The notes below the pieces were generated by a model, which was given only the letters and a program-made list of their open reading frames with translations, had not been told where the DNA came from and did not search any database. From Rebecca billardiae RCC1528 (taxonomy: Eukaryota > Protista > Haptophyta), in the NCBI GenBank assembly GCA_965240325.2, contig OZ251222.1:1302001-1366000 (forward strand): a stretch of 64,000 nucleotides of DNA, in the 5' to 3' direction. Both the position numbers and the translations under genes were made by a program. Positions 10,393 to 21,017 of the stretch are shown piece by piece. Position 1 is the first letter of the stretch, and every line of letters starts with the position of its first letter.

Positions 10393-13300
10393 ATGCGCGG
10401 GGGGGCCGCCGCCAACGCCACAGCGACGGCGCCCGCGGGCTTGCCCTCGCTACATATCCTGCGGATCGACGCGGAGGCGCGCATCCCGCCGTCGCCCGCG
10501 CTCGTGCAGGCCGGCGCGCACGCGGCCGCCGCCGCGCTGCGCCTCGGCGAGCGGGAGTTTGCGGCGTCCCCGGCCGAGCTGCGCGCGCTGCGCGGCCTGG
10601 GCGTGCCGGTGCGCGTGCGCGCGCGCGACGCGGAGGCGTACTACGCGCGGCGGCTGCTGCGCGAGAGCGCCCCACCTGGCCTCGCCGACGCCTCGCGCCA
10701 CGCCGCTTCTCGGCGCACCAGAGCCGGCGCGGCCGACTCTGCGCCGGACGTCGTGCGCGGCAGCATGGGAGGCTACCCGACGCTGCGCGAGGCGGAGGCG
10801 GCGCTGGTGGACATGGCGTCGCGGTACGCGGACGTGGTGCAGCTCGTCTCAATTGGCACCTCCGTCGAGGGCCGCGCCATCCGCGCGCTCTGCCTCACGG
10901 CCAACGCCTCCGCCAACTGCCGGCCGCCCGGCGACGGCGTCGACGCCGCGGCGGGCGCGCGGCGCGGCGCTGCGCGCTACGGTCTGGCGGCGCCGGCGCC
11001 GAGGCCCGCGACGCTGTACACGTCGCTCACGCACTCGCGCGAGCCCGTCACGCTCACCGCCGCCCTCGACTACGCGCTCGGCGTGCTCCGCGCGCACGCG
11101 GCGGGCGACGCGAGCGCGCGCGAGCTGCTTCGGGGCCGGCGCCTTTGGTTCGTCCCGATTGTCAATCCGGACGGGTACGAGCACAACCGGCAGATGCGGC
11201 CGCGCGGGGGCGGCGTGAAGCGGAAGAACGCGCGGCGCGACGGGCACTGCCGCTCCGACGCCGACGCGGGCGTCGACATCAACCGCAACTTTGGCTTCCG
11301 CTTCGGCGCGAACGATGACGGCTCGTCGCCGCGGCCGTGCGCCGAGGACTATCGAGGCCGCGCGCCCTTCTCCGAGCCCGAGGCGCAGGCGCTGGCGCAG
11401 CTGATGCGCGCGCAACGCATCGGGCTGATCGTTAACCTGCACGGCTGGGGCAACTCGATCACCCACCCGTTCGGCTACTCCTCCGACGACACGATCATGC
11501 ACGCCACGCCGCTCTCGCGCGCGCAGCTGCTGCTGTACCGTCGCTGGGCGCACGACATGAGCGCATTCAACGGCTTCGTCTACGGCCGGTGCGCGCGAGT
11601 GCGCGTAGGCGTCTCCGGCGTGCGTGCGCGCGCGCCCTCGCGGCCGCGCTGGCACTCGGCCCTTCGTGTGCGGCCGGCGCGCGCGGTTGCGCGCGCGCGC
11701 GCGTCCTCGGCGCGCGCGCGCGCGCGCGGACTCGCGGCCGCGCTGACACACGGCCCTACCGCCGTGCCCCGCAGCGCGTGGGAGACAGTGGGCTACGAGG
11801 CCAACGGCCTGCCGGACGACTGGGCTCAGGCTGAGCTGGGCGTGCCGTCCATGACCCTCGAGCTCGGCTCGGCGCGGGACGGCTTCTGGCCGCAGCCCTC
11901 TCGGATCGGGCTCATCTCCGAGCAGTTCGCGCCGAGCGCCGCGTACGCCGCGCGAGCCGTCGGCTCCTACCTCCGGCCCACCTTGCTGAGCGTGCGCGAA
12001 CACGCGCGCGGCGTCGGCGCGGACGGCGAGGGCGGCGGCGGCGTCGTTGGCGCCGCCGGCGGCGGCGCGCAGCTCACCCTGCTCGTCGCGCTGACGGTTG
12101 ACAACGCGGGCGTGCTGCTCTCGGGGCGGGCGTCGCGCGTGCGCGTGCTGCCCTCGGACCGCGTGCGCGGCGCCACGCTCGCGCCCGTGCCGCCCTCGCG
12201 CCGCGCGCGCGCGCACCGCTCGCAGTGCGCGTGGGCGCCTGTCGGCGCGAGCGATCGCGGCGCGCTCGAGGCGCCGCTCCCGGTCCTGCCGTCGCACGCG
12301 GCGGTGGCGTGCGAAGAGTTTGAGCTGACGCTGCCGGCATCGGCGCTCGACGCCGCGCGGCGCGAGTCCCGGCATGCCGCCTCGCCCGCCGTCGAGCTGC
12401 TCCGGCTCGAGCTGGTCGATGCGGAGGACGAGGAGGACGCTTCCGCGGCGCTCCAGGACGCGTCGGCCGGCGGCGGGCGCGGCCGCGGCGGCGCGCGCGC
12501 GGGCGCGGCCGCGGCGCGCGCGTTCGTGGACGAGCATCGCGTGCGCGTCGCGCTGCGCCCACAGCCGGCGGAGCCGCTTCCCGCGCAGTGCACCTCCGCC
12601 GAGGCGTGCTGGTGCGAGCGCGCGCCGAACGCGTGGACGCACGGCCCCGCGTGCGAGCGCGGCGCGAGCGCGCGCCAGGGCTGCCACAACCCGCCGCCGC
12701 GCGCGCTGCCGCGTGGCGAGGCGCACGCCGGCGGCGGGCTGGCGGGCGCGCTCAGCATCCCTGGCGAGACAACGTTCCTCCGCTGGCGGCCCGCCGCGTA
12801 CAGCGGGCGGCACCGCTGCTCGATGGTGGGCAACTCGCCCTCAGCCATCCTGGTCGTCTATCGCACCTGCTCGCGCTGGGGCCCGATCGACTCGGTCGCT
12901 TTCGGCACCGCCGACCGCGCGTCTCGCGCCAAGCTGTCCTGGGACTGCGACGGAGGGGTGGAGTATCTCATCTACTCGAACGGTGAGAACGGCGGCCGCG
13001 CGTTCCGGCTGACGTACGCCGAGTCGTGCCCGAGCGGCTCGTGCGGCGGCGCGGGCGGCGGCGCGGGCGCGGGCGGGCGGCGCGCGCTGCCGATCTCGCG
13101 CGCGCTGCCTGGCCGCGGCCCGGCGTCGGGTGCGGCGCGCGGCTCGGCGGCGCGCGGCCCAATGCACAGTGGCCCTGCGCATGTGCGCGCCAAGGGCATA
13201 CACGGCCACCGGCGCATCTGGCGGCGCAGCGCGGAGGGCGGCTCGCAGGCGCGCACCGAGCGGCGCGCCGAGGCGAGCGCTCGCGGCGCCAGCTGGCCCG

Positions 13301-14328
13301 TGCTGCCGGCGGCGCGCGGCGCGGCTGCCGCCAACTTGAGCGCGGCCTTTGCGCAGGCGCGCGCTCCAGGCTCGCTACCGCCCGCCGGCGCGCCGCCGGC
13401 GCACGAGGCGGGGGCGGCGGGCGGCGGGGTCGGCACGGCCTGGCAGCGCGCGCGCGCGCCGACGGCGCGTGCGGACGGCGGCGCGCTGCCAGCTCTGAGC
13501 GCGCCCGCAAACTCTCAGGTGGCGGGCGGCGCGCTGCCGCCGCCGGCCGCGCCGCCGCGCGCCGCGCCCAGCGCGCTCGCGACTGCGGCGGCCCAGTGGA
13601 TCGCCTTTCTGAGTGCGCCGCTGCGCGTGCTCGGCGGCGGCGCGGCGCGGCGAGACAGCGCCGGGCAGCTGCTCACGCGGCCCGACCCGTCCGTCGTCGT
13701 CAAGCGCCTCTCGCCCGCCACCGCGCACGCCGCCGCCGCCGTGGAGCTCGCCGTGACCGGCGGTGCCAGTGCGCTTGGCTTCTTGGGGGGCGGCGGCAGC
13801 GGCGAGGGCGGCGGCAGCGGCGAGGGCGGCGAGGTCGGCGGCTCGCTGTCGGTGCGCATCGGCGTGCGCCCGCCGCTCGGCCTCGCCGGCCGGAGGCCGG
13901 CGTCTCCCGGCCTCGCCGTCGCCGCGCCCTCCGCCATCATCGTCTGCCTCCTGGCGCTGGTGGCGGTGCTCTGCGCGGTGACGTCGAGGCGACAGGGCGG
14001 CGGCGCGACGCGCGGGCTGCGCCGGCGCGCGCCGCGCGCGCGGATCAGCGCCAAGCGCGCGTCGTCGGCGTGGCGGCTCACCGCCGCGCAGCGCCACGCG
14101 CAGCTCGGCGCCGTGCAGCTCGCGACGATCACCGAGGTGCCAGAGTCTGCCTCCTCCGCCTCCGACGCCGAGGCCACCTGCTCGGAGCTCGGCGACGACG
14201 AGGGCGGGCCGCTCGGCGAGGCTGACCGGCTGCTGCGCAGCGTGCCGGGGCGCGGGCGGAGCGCGCGCCGCAGCCCGCAGGGCGCGAGCATGAGCGCTGC
14301 CGACATTGCGCGGCAGGGGAGCGCCTGA
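10393..14328 (+). CDS. M14 zinc carboxypeptidase with C-terminal extension and TM anchor (introns 11589-11774 and probably 12139-12225)
   Basis: Motifs SIGTSVEGR, HSRE, VPIVNPDGY, RKN, GVDINRNF, YRGRAPFSEPE, LHGWG and TLELG. Splicing GT11589..AG11774 restores GFVYGRAWETVGYEANG. The 5' end is uncertain. Confidence 0.85.
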   Translation: MRGGAAANATATAPAGLPSLHILRIDAEARIPPSPALVQAGAHAAAAALRLGEREFAASPAELRALRGLGVPVRVRARDAEAYYARRLLRESAPPGLADASRHAASRRTRAGAADSAPDVVRGSMGGYPTLREAEAALVDMASRYADVVQLVSIGTSVEGRAIRALCLTANASANCRPPGDGVDAAAGARRGAARYGLAAPAPRPATLYTSLTHSREPVTLTAALDYALGVLRAHAAGDASARELLRGRRLWFVPIVNPDGYEHNRQMRPRGGGVKRKNARRDGHCRSDADAGVDINRNFGFRFGANDDGSSPRPCAEDYRGRAPFSEPEAQALAQLMRAQRIGLIVNLHGWGNSITHPFGYSSDDTIMHATPLSRAQLLLYRRWAHDMSAFNGFVYGRCARVRVGVSGVRARAPSRPRWHSALRVRPARAVARARASSARARARGLAAALTHGPTAVPRSAWETVGYEANGLPDDWAQAELGVPSMTLELGSARDGFWPQPSRIGLISEQFAPSAAYAARAVGSYLRPTLLSVREHARGVGADGEGGGGVVGAAGGGAQLTLLVALTVDNAGVLLSGRASRVRVLPSDRVRGATLAPVPPSRRARAHRSQCAWAPVGASDRGALEAPLPVLPSHAAVACEEFELTLPASALDAARRESRHAASPAVELLRLELVDAEDEEDASAALQDASAGGGRGRGGARAGAAAARAFVDEHRVRVALRPQPAEPLPAQCTSAEACWCERAPNAWTHGPACERGASARQGCHNPPPRALPRGEAHAGGGLAGALSIPGETTFLRWRPAAYSGRHRCSMVGNSPSAILVVYRTCSRWGPIDSVAFGTADRASRAKLSWDCDGGVEYLIYSNGENGGRAFRLTYAESCPSGSCGGAGGGAGAGGRRALPISRALPGRGPASGAARGSAARGPMHSGPAHVRAKGIHGHRRIWRRSAEGGSQARTERRAEASARGASWPVLPAARGAAAANLSAAFAQARAPGSLPPAGAPPAHEAGAAGGGVGTAWQRARAPTARADGGALPALSAPANSQVAGGALPPPAAPPRAAPSALATAAAQWIAFLSAPLRVLGGGAARRDSAGQLLTRPDPSVVVKRLSPATAHAAAAVELAVTGGASALGFLGGGGSGEGGGSGEGGEVGGSLSVRIGVRPPLGLAGRRPASPGLAVAAPSAIIVCLLALVAVLCAVTSRRQGGGATRGLRRRAPRARISAKRASSAWRLTAAQRHAQLGAVQLATITEVPESASSASDAEATCSELGDDEGGPLGEADRLLRSVPGRGRSARRSPQGASMSAADIARQGSA

Positions 14329-16234
14329 CTCACTTGACTCGCGGTATAGTTACTTGTCAGCAGTAGCAGCAGCAGCACTTGATCGATCGAATGACGATAA
14401 CAGTAGTCTTATTCACTCTCCGTAATCCGCACAATGTGTCTGTGCCGGATCACAGACACACTGATGCGACTGATGAGACTGCCAGTACTCTCTACACTCT
14501 ACAGGCTCGCCAGGCCGCGCTCAACCTCAAGCAGCGCCATTTTTATTCGATTTGACAGCGCGCTTATATTGCATGCCGCAGGCCCTCGTCACAAACACAA
14601 TGATCGGGCTCCGCGGTCGTCCGTGACCGTGTCAGCGCTCTGCCACCAACGCGGCTGCCTCCAACTTCCAAGACCAAACGTGAACTTCGCCGCGACTTGT
14701 CGTCGAGTTGACAGTTGTCGAACGTATATATATATATGTATAGTCGACAATCGGCGCGCCGGGTCACTGCTGCCGACAAATCAGGAGGCCTGCTGGCGCC
14801 TTCCTACCTGTGTCGTAGTGAAATCATAGCAGATGAATGAGTTCAACTACGACGCTAAGAATACTAAGAGACGCACACACTCACACAGCAGCACAGGCAG
14901 GCAAGATTTATACACTTTATGGGGGTACAGTGTCACTCGAGTCGACGCAGTCGATCAGTGACTCGTCAACTCGGTAGAGTGCTGAGTGGCCGGAAGCAGC
15001 TCCCAGCGCAGGCGGCTGCCTGTGCTGAACCACTACACGCCCGAAAACGGGATGACGACGGACTCTGGGCCACGCGAGGGCCCGCCTGCGCAGCGCTCCC
15101 AAGGCCGCATCCGGGCTTGACAGCCGTGCGCGCGCGCTTTGTGGGGGCAGGAAGACCCACAGGCAGCAATCGCGCCGCCTCGTCGACGCTCTCGCCACCC
15201 TCCCTGTGCGCAGAAACTTGCTGAATGGCACGCGCGCAGTTCTTGAGAACGCCTATTCGACGAGCATGATGGGCGCGCGTGCGTCCCTGGGGCATTCGAG
15301 GTCAGCTTTTTCGCTTCTGTGCGATGGGCATGAGAGTGCTCAACATCACCGCGTTGCCGTCAGCCATGACAACATTGGTCGGACCGCACGCGCGCGCGCG
15401 ACAGCTGGCAGGCCAGCAACCAGTTGAAATGGCGGCGTGCGTGATCACAAGGCTGTCGACGAGGGAACCGCAGTGCGAGCAAAAGGAGGGCACGTCAGAC
15501 ATGCGTATCGGTCGCGGGGTGTGCATGAACCGCCAGTACGGGCACGGCGGGCGCGACTACAGCCGTCACGCGCCTCGACGTGCATGCGCCACAGCGGACG
15601 ACCGAGGAGGGCGAGCAGGCTGGCCTTCTTGTGCGGCGGCTGTCCGAAAGGCGCCCGCACCCGTGCAACTGTATTCAACCGAGCTACCGGAAGGCATCGA
15701 CTCCTGGTGCCTCACGCCCGCGAGTTTTTGATGCGGGGCTTGGTTCGCAAGGCGTCGGCAGCCATTGCTGGCCGGACGCCCGGACAGCAAGCCCATCAGT
15801 TTATCAGCGCATTAATTTTGTGATGCAGAACCTTTGAAGTAGATTCCCAAGCAGATTACATATCTGCCCGAGGGGGAGGGTTCGGACGATGCCATCCCGC
15901 CACCCCAGCCACCAACCGCGGCCGCGCCGTCGGACGGGCCCGAGGTGCAACAGGCCAGGCCGGCGCTCGGGGAGTCCAACTACCGCCTGGTCCTGCCCCC
16001 CGGCGCCGCGGCAGCCGGCAAGCGCGCGGCGACCGAGCCGTCCACGCCGGCGGAGGAGGATGGGCCCTCCTCCGCTGGCGGGAGCGACGCCAAGCCGGCC
16101 AAGCAGGCTCGCACCGCGTCCCTCGGCGACCCCCCCCGTGACCTGGCTGCCGCCGCGCCGCAGTCGCTGGCGTAGAGCCGCGCGCGGCGCTGGCGCGCCA
16201 GACGCGCCCGGTTGGGCAGCGCAGGCACCCTCAG

Positions 16235-16354
16235 CGGCCAGGACGACGACTTCCTCAACGGCAAGGGCGACGACTTCCTCTGCGGCCAGGGCGACGACTT
16301 CCTCAACGGCAAGGACGACGACTTCCTCAACGGCAAGGGCGACTACTCCCTCAA
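16235..16354 (+). repeat. Minisatellite, 5 x 24 bp
   Basis: Unit CGGC(A/C)AGG(G/A)CGACGACTTCCTCAA starts at 16235, 16259, 16283, 16307 and 16331. Confidence 0.95.
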
Positions 16355-16930
16355 CTCGGCAAGGCCACTAGGCCGCGCACACCGGCCCGGGCGACCACAT
16401 CCACTACCTGCACTACGGCATCAACTTGAACAGCCTCGGACGACGACGACACGGGCAACTACATGATGACCAAGGCCGACGACGACTGCAAAACAGCGGC
16501 ATCCCCGGGCGCCTACTACCTCAGTGACCGTGTGATCAGCATCGGTTACGACGACTCCCTCACCCGCGGCCAACGCGCTCCGACATCCTCCATTAACTCC
16601 ATTCAGTACTTCGACAGACGAATCAGGAGAGCTGCGCCCTCGTGCCTGTGTCTTTAAATCATAGAATTGGTCAACCGCACTACTCGGGTGAACGAAATCT
16701 AATGCGGCGAGATCGCGGAGATCTGCTCATTTGTGCAACCCTGCACGAGCCACGCCAACCACAAATTGGCGTCTGAGAGGAGGATTCCGGTGATCGCTCA
16801 TCAAAGTGTGCCTTCTCCGTACCTTGGCGTGCAAAAAGAGCCATTATCATAGCAGCAAGCGACCCACACCAGGCTATAGGGCGGGCCCCTCAACGCCGAC
16901 GTGAACGCCGACCCCCCCCACCGCCCCGCG

Positions 16931-18736
16931 ATGTTCCTCCTGCCGCAAGGCCTGGCGGAGGCGCGCGGCGCGGCGTCCGGCCCGGCGATGTCGAAGCCGC
17001 ACGAGGAGCAAGAGACCACCCCCGAGCTCCCAACCTTCTTCGGCGCTGCGCAGAAGGCGGCGCTGGCGGCGGCCCCAGCTGCAAACTCGCGGCTCCGCGT
17101 CGGCGGCGGCCGACTCACCGCGGCCGGTCCCGGCCGCGCGCGCGCTCCGCGCAATATTTTCGGCGGCGGTGCAGCCGCATCGTCATCTCCGGGGCCGTCC
17201 GCCAACGACGCCCCCCTCACCTCGTCCATCGTGCCCGACGACGGCCCGCTCTCATCCGTGCTCCGCACCTCGACCGCCAAGAAGGCGCTCACGGCGGCGA
17301 CGCGCCCGCCGAAGCGCGACCTGCGCAAGCCGACGCGCGATGCGCGCGACGTGGCGGTGACGCTGCAGTGGAAGGGAGGCGGCGCGGCCGTCTCCGTCGT
17401 CGGCTCCTTCACCGACTGGACCGACCACATCCCGATGGAGGCGGACGGGCCCAACTCGCACTTTGTGACGCTGCACCTGCGCGCGGGCGAGCACAAGTAC
17501 CTCTTCGAGGTGAACGGCGTGCTGTGCGTGGCGGACGAGCAGCCGCTGATCGACGTGCCGCGCGGCGAGGCGCCCGCGCACGTCGTCAACGTCCTCGAGG
17601 TGGACGATGGCCGCGAGTACGACGCGGACATGCCGACGGAGCCCGCCGCGGCGGCCACCTCGTCGCCCGAGGCCGCCGTCGCCGAGCCGACGGCTGCCGG
17701 CTTTGGCGCGCCGATGCAGTTCGGCTGGAAGGCGCTCGGCGCGAAGGTCGAGGACGACGAGTTCTCCTCCGCGGTGCCGACCAACCTCATCCGCACCTGG
17801 CTCGCGCCGCCCTCGCTCCCGGCCCACCTGCACGCGATGCACGGCGTGGCGCGCAAGCCGCGCCGCGCGATGCGCACCGGCCCGCCGCCGCCGTGCCACG
17901 TCGACCTGCACCACCTGCGCTTCGAGCGCACGGCGGAGCCGACGACCTCGGAGGACGGCGACTCGTACTCGGGCTTCACGCCCGCCGACGGCCTCGCCGC
18001 CGACGTCCACATGTCCGACGACGACGGCGGCGTCTCGCCGCACGGCAGCCCACGCACGCGCCGCGCGTGCGCCCAAGTGCCGGTGACCAAGATCACGACG
18101 ACGACGCGCTACCGCGAGAAGCGAGTCACGGCCGTGCTGTACAAGCCGCAGCCGACGCGCGCGGTGGAGAGCTTCCGCGCCGCCGCCGGTGCACGCCGCA
18201 CCGCCTCGCTCGTCGAGCTGCCGCAGTGCGCCGACGAGGCCATGCTGGACGGCGAGCAGCCGTGCGCCCTCGCGCCGGCCACCACGCCCGTGGCTGCCCC
18301 CTCGCCCCGGGCCTCGCGCACGCCGTCGGATGTGTCGATGGACGCGGGCGACGCGGACGAGGAGGCTCACCCGCCGTCGAGCCCGCCAGCGCCAGCGCAG
18401 CCGGCGGCGCAGCGCGCGCTCTTCGGCGCGCCGATGCACCCGCCGCCGCCGCCGGCGCGGCTGCAGATTCAGCCGGTGCAGCTGCTCGCCGCGTCGCACG
18501 TCCCTGTCGTCTCGGCGCCGATCCACTTCCCGCGCGCGCACGCCGTCCCGGCGCCGCAGCACCAGCCCCTCTTCCCGCACATGCCCAGCCAGCAGCCACA
18601 GCCCGGCGTGGCCATGGGCGCAATGTATATGAACGGCCCGGTCTTGCTCGCCTCGGTGCCCACCCGCGCCGAAGTGCCGATGGCGTGGCACGCGGTGAAC
18701 CTCGCGAGCGTTCTCGGCGCGCCTGGGAGAGTATGA
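16931..18736 (+). CDS. AMPK/SnRK1 beta-subunit-like protein (CBM48 plus ASC domain)
   Basis: CBM48: LQWKGGG..VSVVGSFTDW..HKYLFEVNG. ASC: PPSLPAHL..PCHVDLHHL..TTRYREKRVTAVLYKP. Start uncertain (16931 or 16988). Confidence 0.85.
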   Translation: MFLLPQGLAEARGAASGPAMSKPHEEQETTPELPTFFGAAQKAALAAAPAANSRLRVGGGRLTAAGPGRARAPRNIFGGGAAASSSPGPSANDAPLTSSIVPDDGPLSSVLRTSTAKKALTAATRPPKRDLRKPTRDARDVAVTLQWKGGGAAVSVVGSFTDWTDHIPMEADGPNSHFVTLHLRAGEHKYLFEVNGVLCVADEQPLIDVPRGEAPAHVVNVLEVDDGREYDADMPTEPAAAATSSPEAAVAEPTAAGFGAPMQFGWKALGAKVEDDEFSSAVPTNLIRTWLAPPSLPAHLHAMHGVARKPRRAMRTGPPPPCHVDLHHLRFERTAEPTTSEDGDSYSGFTPADGLAADVHMSDDDGGVSPHGSPRTRRACAQVPVTKITTTTRYREKRVTAVLYKPQPTRAVESFRAAAGARRTASLVELPQCADEAMLDGEQPCALAPATTPVAAPSPRASRTPSDVSMDAGDADEEAHPPSSPPAPAQPAAQRALFGAPMHPPPPPARLQIQPVQLLAASHVPVVSAPIHFPRAHAVPAPQHQPLFPHMPSQQPQPGVAMGAMYMNGPVLLASVPTRAEVPMAWHAVNLASVLGAPGRV

Positions 18737-21017
18737 ACTCGTGCGAGGCAGTCGCGCCGGCGCTGTCTGTGCAGCCTGTCGGGTCGCCGCCGTCGTCGAA
18801 CTGTCTGTCCAATGTTGAGTTGTCAACTTAGGATAACGTCCGAACTGCCGCGTACGCCTAATCCGGAATTGTTCAATATACTTATTAGTTTAAAATAATT
18901 AATATATATATGTAATGGCCCGCGGTGCAGGGCGGAGCGCGCAGCGTGGAGCCCGCACCAGCGGGCCCGAACCACGTTTCAAAAAGATCTTTGATCAAAG
19001 AAAAAAGGGACGGGGGACGATTTTCAGGGCTGGAGGAGACCGAGTTTCGAATTTCGAGACTCCCTTACAGGTGCATCCTCGTCGAAAAAGGGCGCGTCCG
19101 CCGTCTTGAATAGTGAACAGAGGAATCAACGAAACCCGCGCCCAAGTGTGCGAGGCAGGGTAATTGTGGGTAGACTCTCCTCAATGTAGTGTGACCATAG
19201 TAAAATAATATGGCCTCGCCGCTGCAAGATGCCAAGAACGACCGTTGACATAATCGTCCAACCAACTCCAATAGTGCGAGAGATTGAAAATACCCGCCGC
19301 AGCTATCCGTATAGTCGGAGCAAGGGCGGTAAGGGCTGTCAACTCCTGACCAGTGGCGCCGAGTGGCGGAGGTTCCGTGCCCCTCAACTCGTGCGGCCTC
19401 GCGGCGCAGCGGCGAAGTCTCCTGGGGCGCCGCCCTGGAGGGCGCGTGGGGTGCGCACGCCGCGGGCTCCTGCGCCCGCGGCAGCGGCCGCGGACACGGC
19501 GCGCGTGGTTGGTCGCCTGCTAGACAGCACGTAGTACCCTCCCACGCCGCGCGCCGCGCTTGCCGGTGCCCTCGCCGTGCCTCAGGCCAGCCGCGCACGC
19601 GCGCCGCGCCAATGGCCAGCCGTGGCCACGAGCCAGCCGCCGGCGCGCGCGCGGTGCGCGGTGCGGTCGGCGCGGGTCGGGCGCGCGCCCGGGGCGAGGC
19701 TCGCGTATGATGGGCGCGCGTCATGCCGCCTCGCGCCGCCACCCACGAGCTTGATCACGTTGCACGCGGCTGCTGAAGAGTGCTCGTCGAGCATTCCTCG
19801 GCCATCAGAAATGAGCTTGGATAAGTGGTTGTGAGCGCATCAGTGCGACGAACGCGGGCACTCGGGGACTTGCTTGCCATGACATGAGGCTGGCCGTGCA
19901 CATATTAGTGGTCTGCGCTTGTCTATCACGCGTCGCTGCCGTCCCATGATCGTCTCAACGTGAGCATTTTCAAACATGGCAATGCACACTCGACAGCATG
20001 TAAACGCGTGCGCGCCGACCCATGCGGGCGTCAGCGCGGCGGCGCGAGGCGGCATGCCGCGCGCCCATCATACGCGAGCCTCGCCCCGGGCGCGCGCCCG
20101 ACCCGCGCCGACCGCACCGCGCACCGCGCGCGCGCCGGCGGCTGGCTCGTGGCCACGGCTGGCCATTGGCGCGGCGCGCGTGCGCGGCTGGCCTGAGGCG
20201 CGGCGAGGGCACCGGCGAGCGCGGCGCGCGGCGTGGGAGGGTACTACGTGCTGTCTAGCAGGCGACCAACCACGCGCGCCGTGTCCGCGGCCGCTGCCGC
20301 GGGCGCAGGAGCCCGCGGCGTGCGCACCCCACGCGCCCTCCAGGGCGGCGCCCCAGGAGACTTCGCCGCTGCGCCGCGCGGCCGCACGAGTTGAGGGGCC
20401 CCCAACCAAGGGTAGTAAGGGTGAGCAACTCCGCTGGCGACAGCCGCGGAGGTCGGGAGGGCTCTGTTTGCCTCGGCGCCCGGTGCGAGCGGAGCGGAGC
20501 GAGTACTATCAGCGGCGGAGGGCGCTGAGGCCGCGCACGGCGTGAGGCGCGGCGTCGGCCGAGTCGGTCCGCGGAGGATGCGCGGCTCTTGGCCCGCTGC
20601 GCAGCGGCAGTGCACCTCACTTTGCTCCAAGCGCCGTCCTCCGCGTCGCCTTCTTCCCGCCTTGGAGCAGCACGCATGTGCGCGCCGCCGCATCGAATGC
20701 GGCACGGGCTTGCTCAGACGACCGCGCGCGCGTGGCGCGCGACTTGGTCGACCGCACGCGCGCGCTGCCGCGGGGCAAGGTAGCGCCACCGTATACGCGC
20801 GCCGTGCCCGCGCGAGCCTTTGCTCACGGCCATCTCATGAGCGTAGTGCTCGCTTGTCTGTTGCTCTCACGAATGTTTCGCTGTGCCTCACGCCGACGCT
20901 CGTCGGGTCGATCAGCGAGGTGTTGAGTGACATTGGATACCCAGGACGAAGGCCTAGTCTTGTGTATCCCTTCTCAGCACGAACGCAAGCGGACGCTAAG
21001 GCTCCGCATCGATGGTA

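Noticed and set aside
16235-16354. CRISPR-like array
   Set aside because: The units are contiguous with no spacers, there are no cas genes, and the context is eukaryotic.
19379-20399. Stand-alone 362-bp-arm foldback inserted in the left TIR of a larger element
   Set aside because: TSD positions show the opposite order: these arms belong to element A, and element B interrupts the right arm of A.
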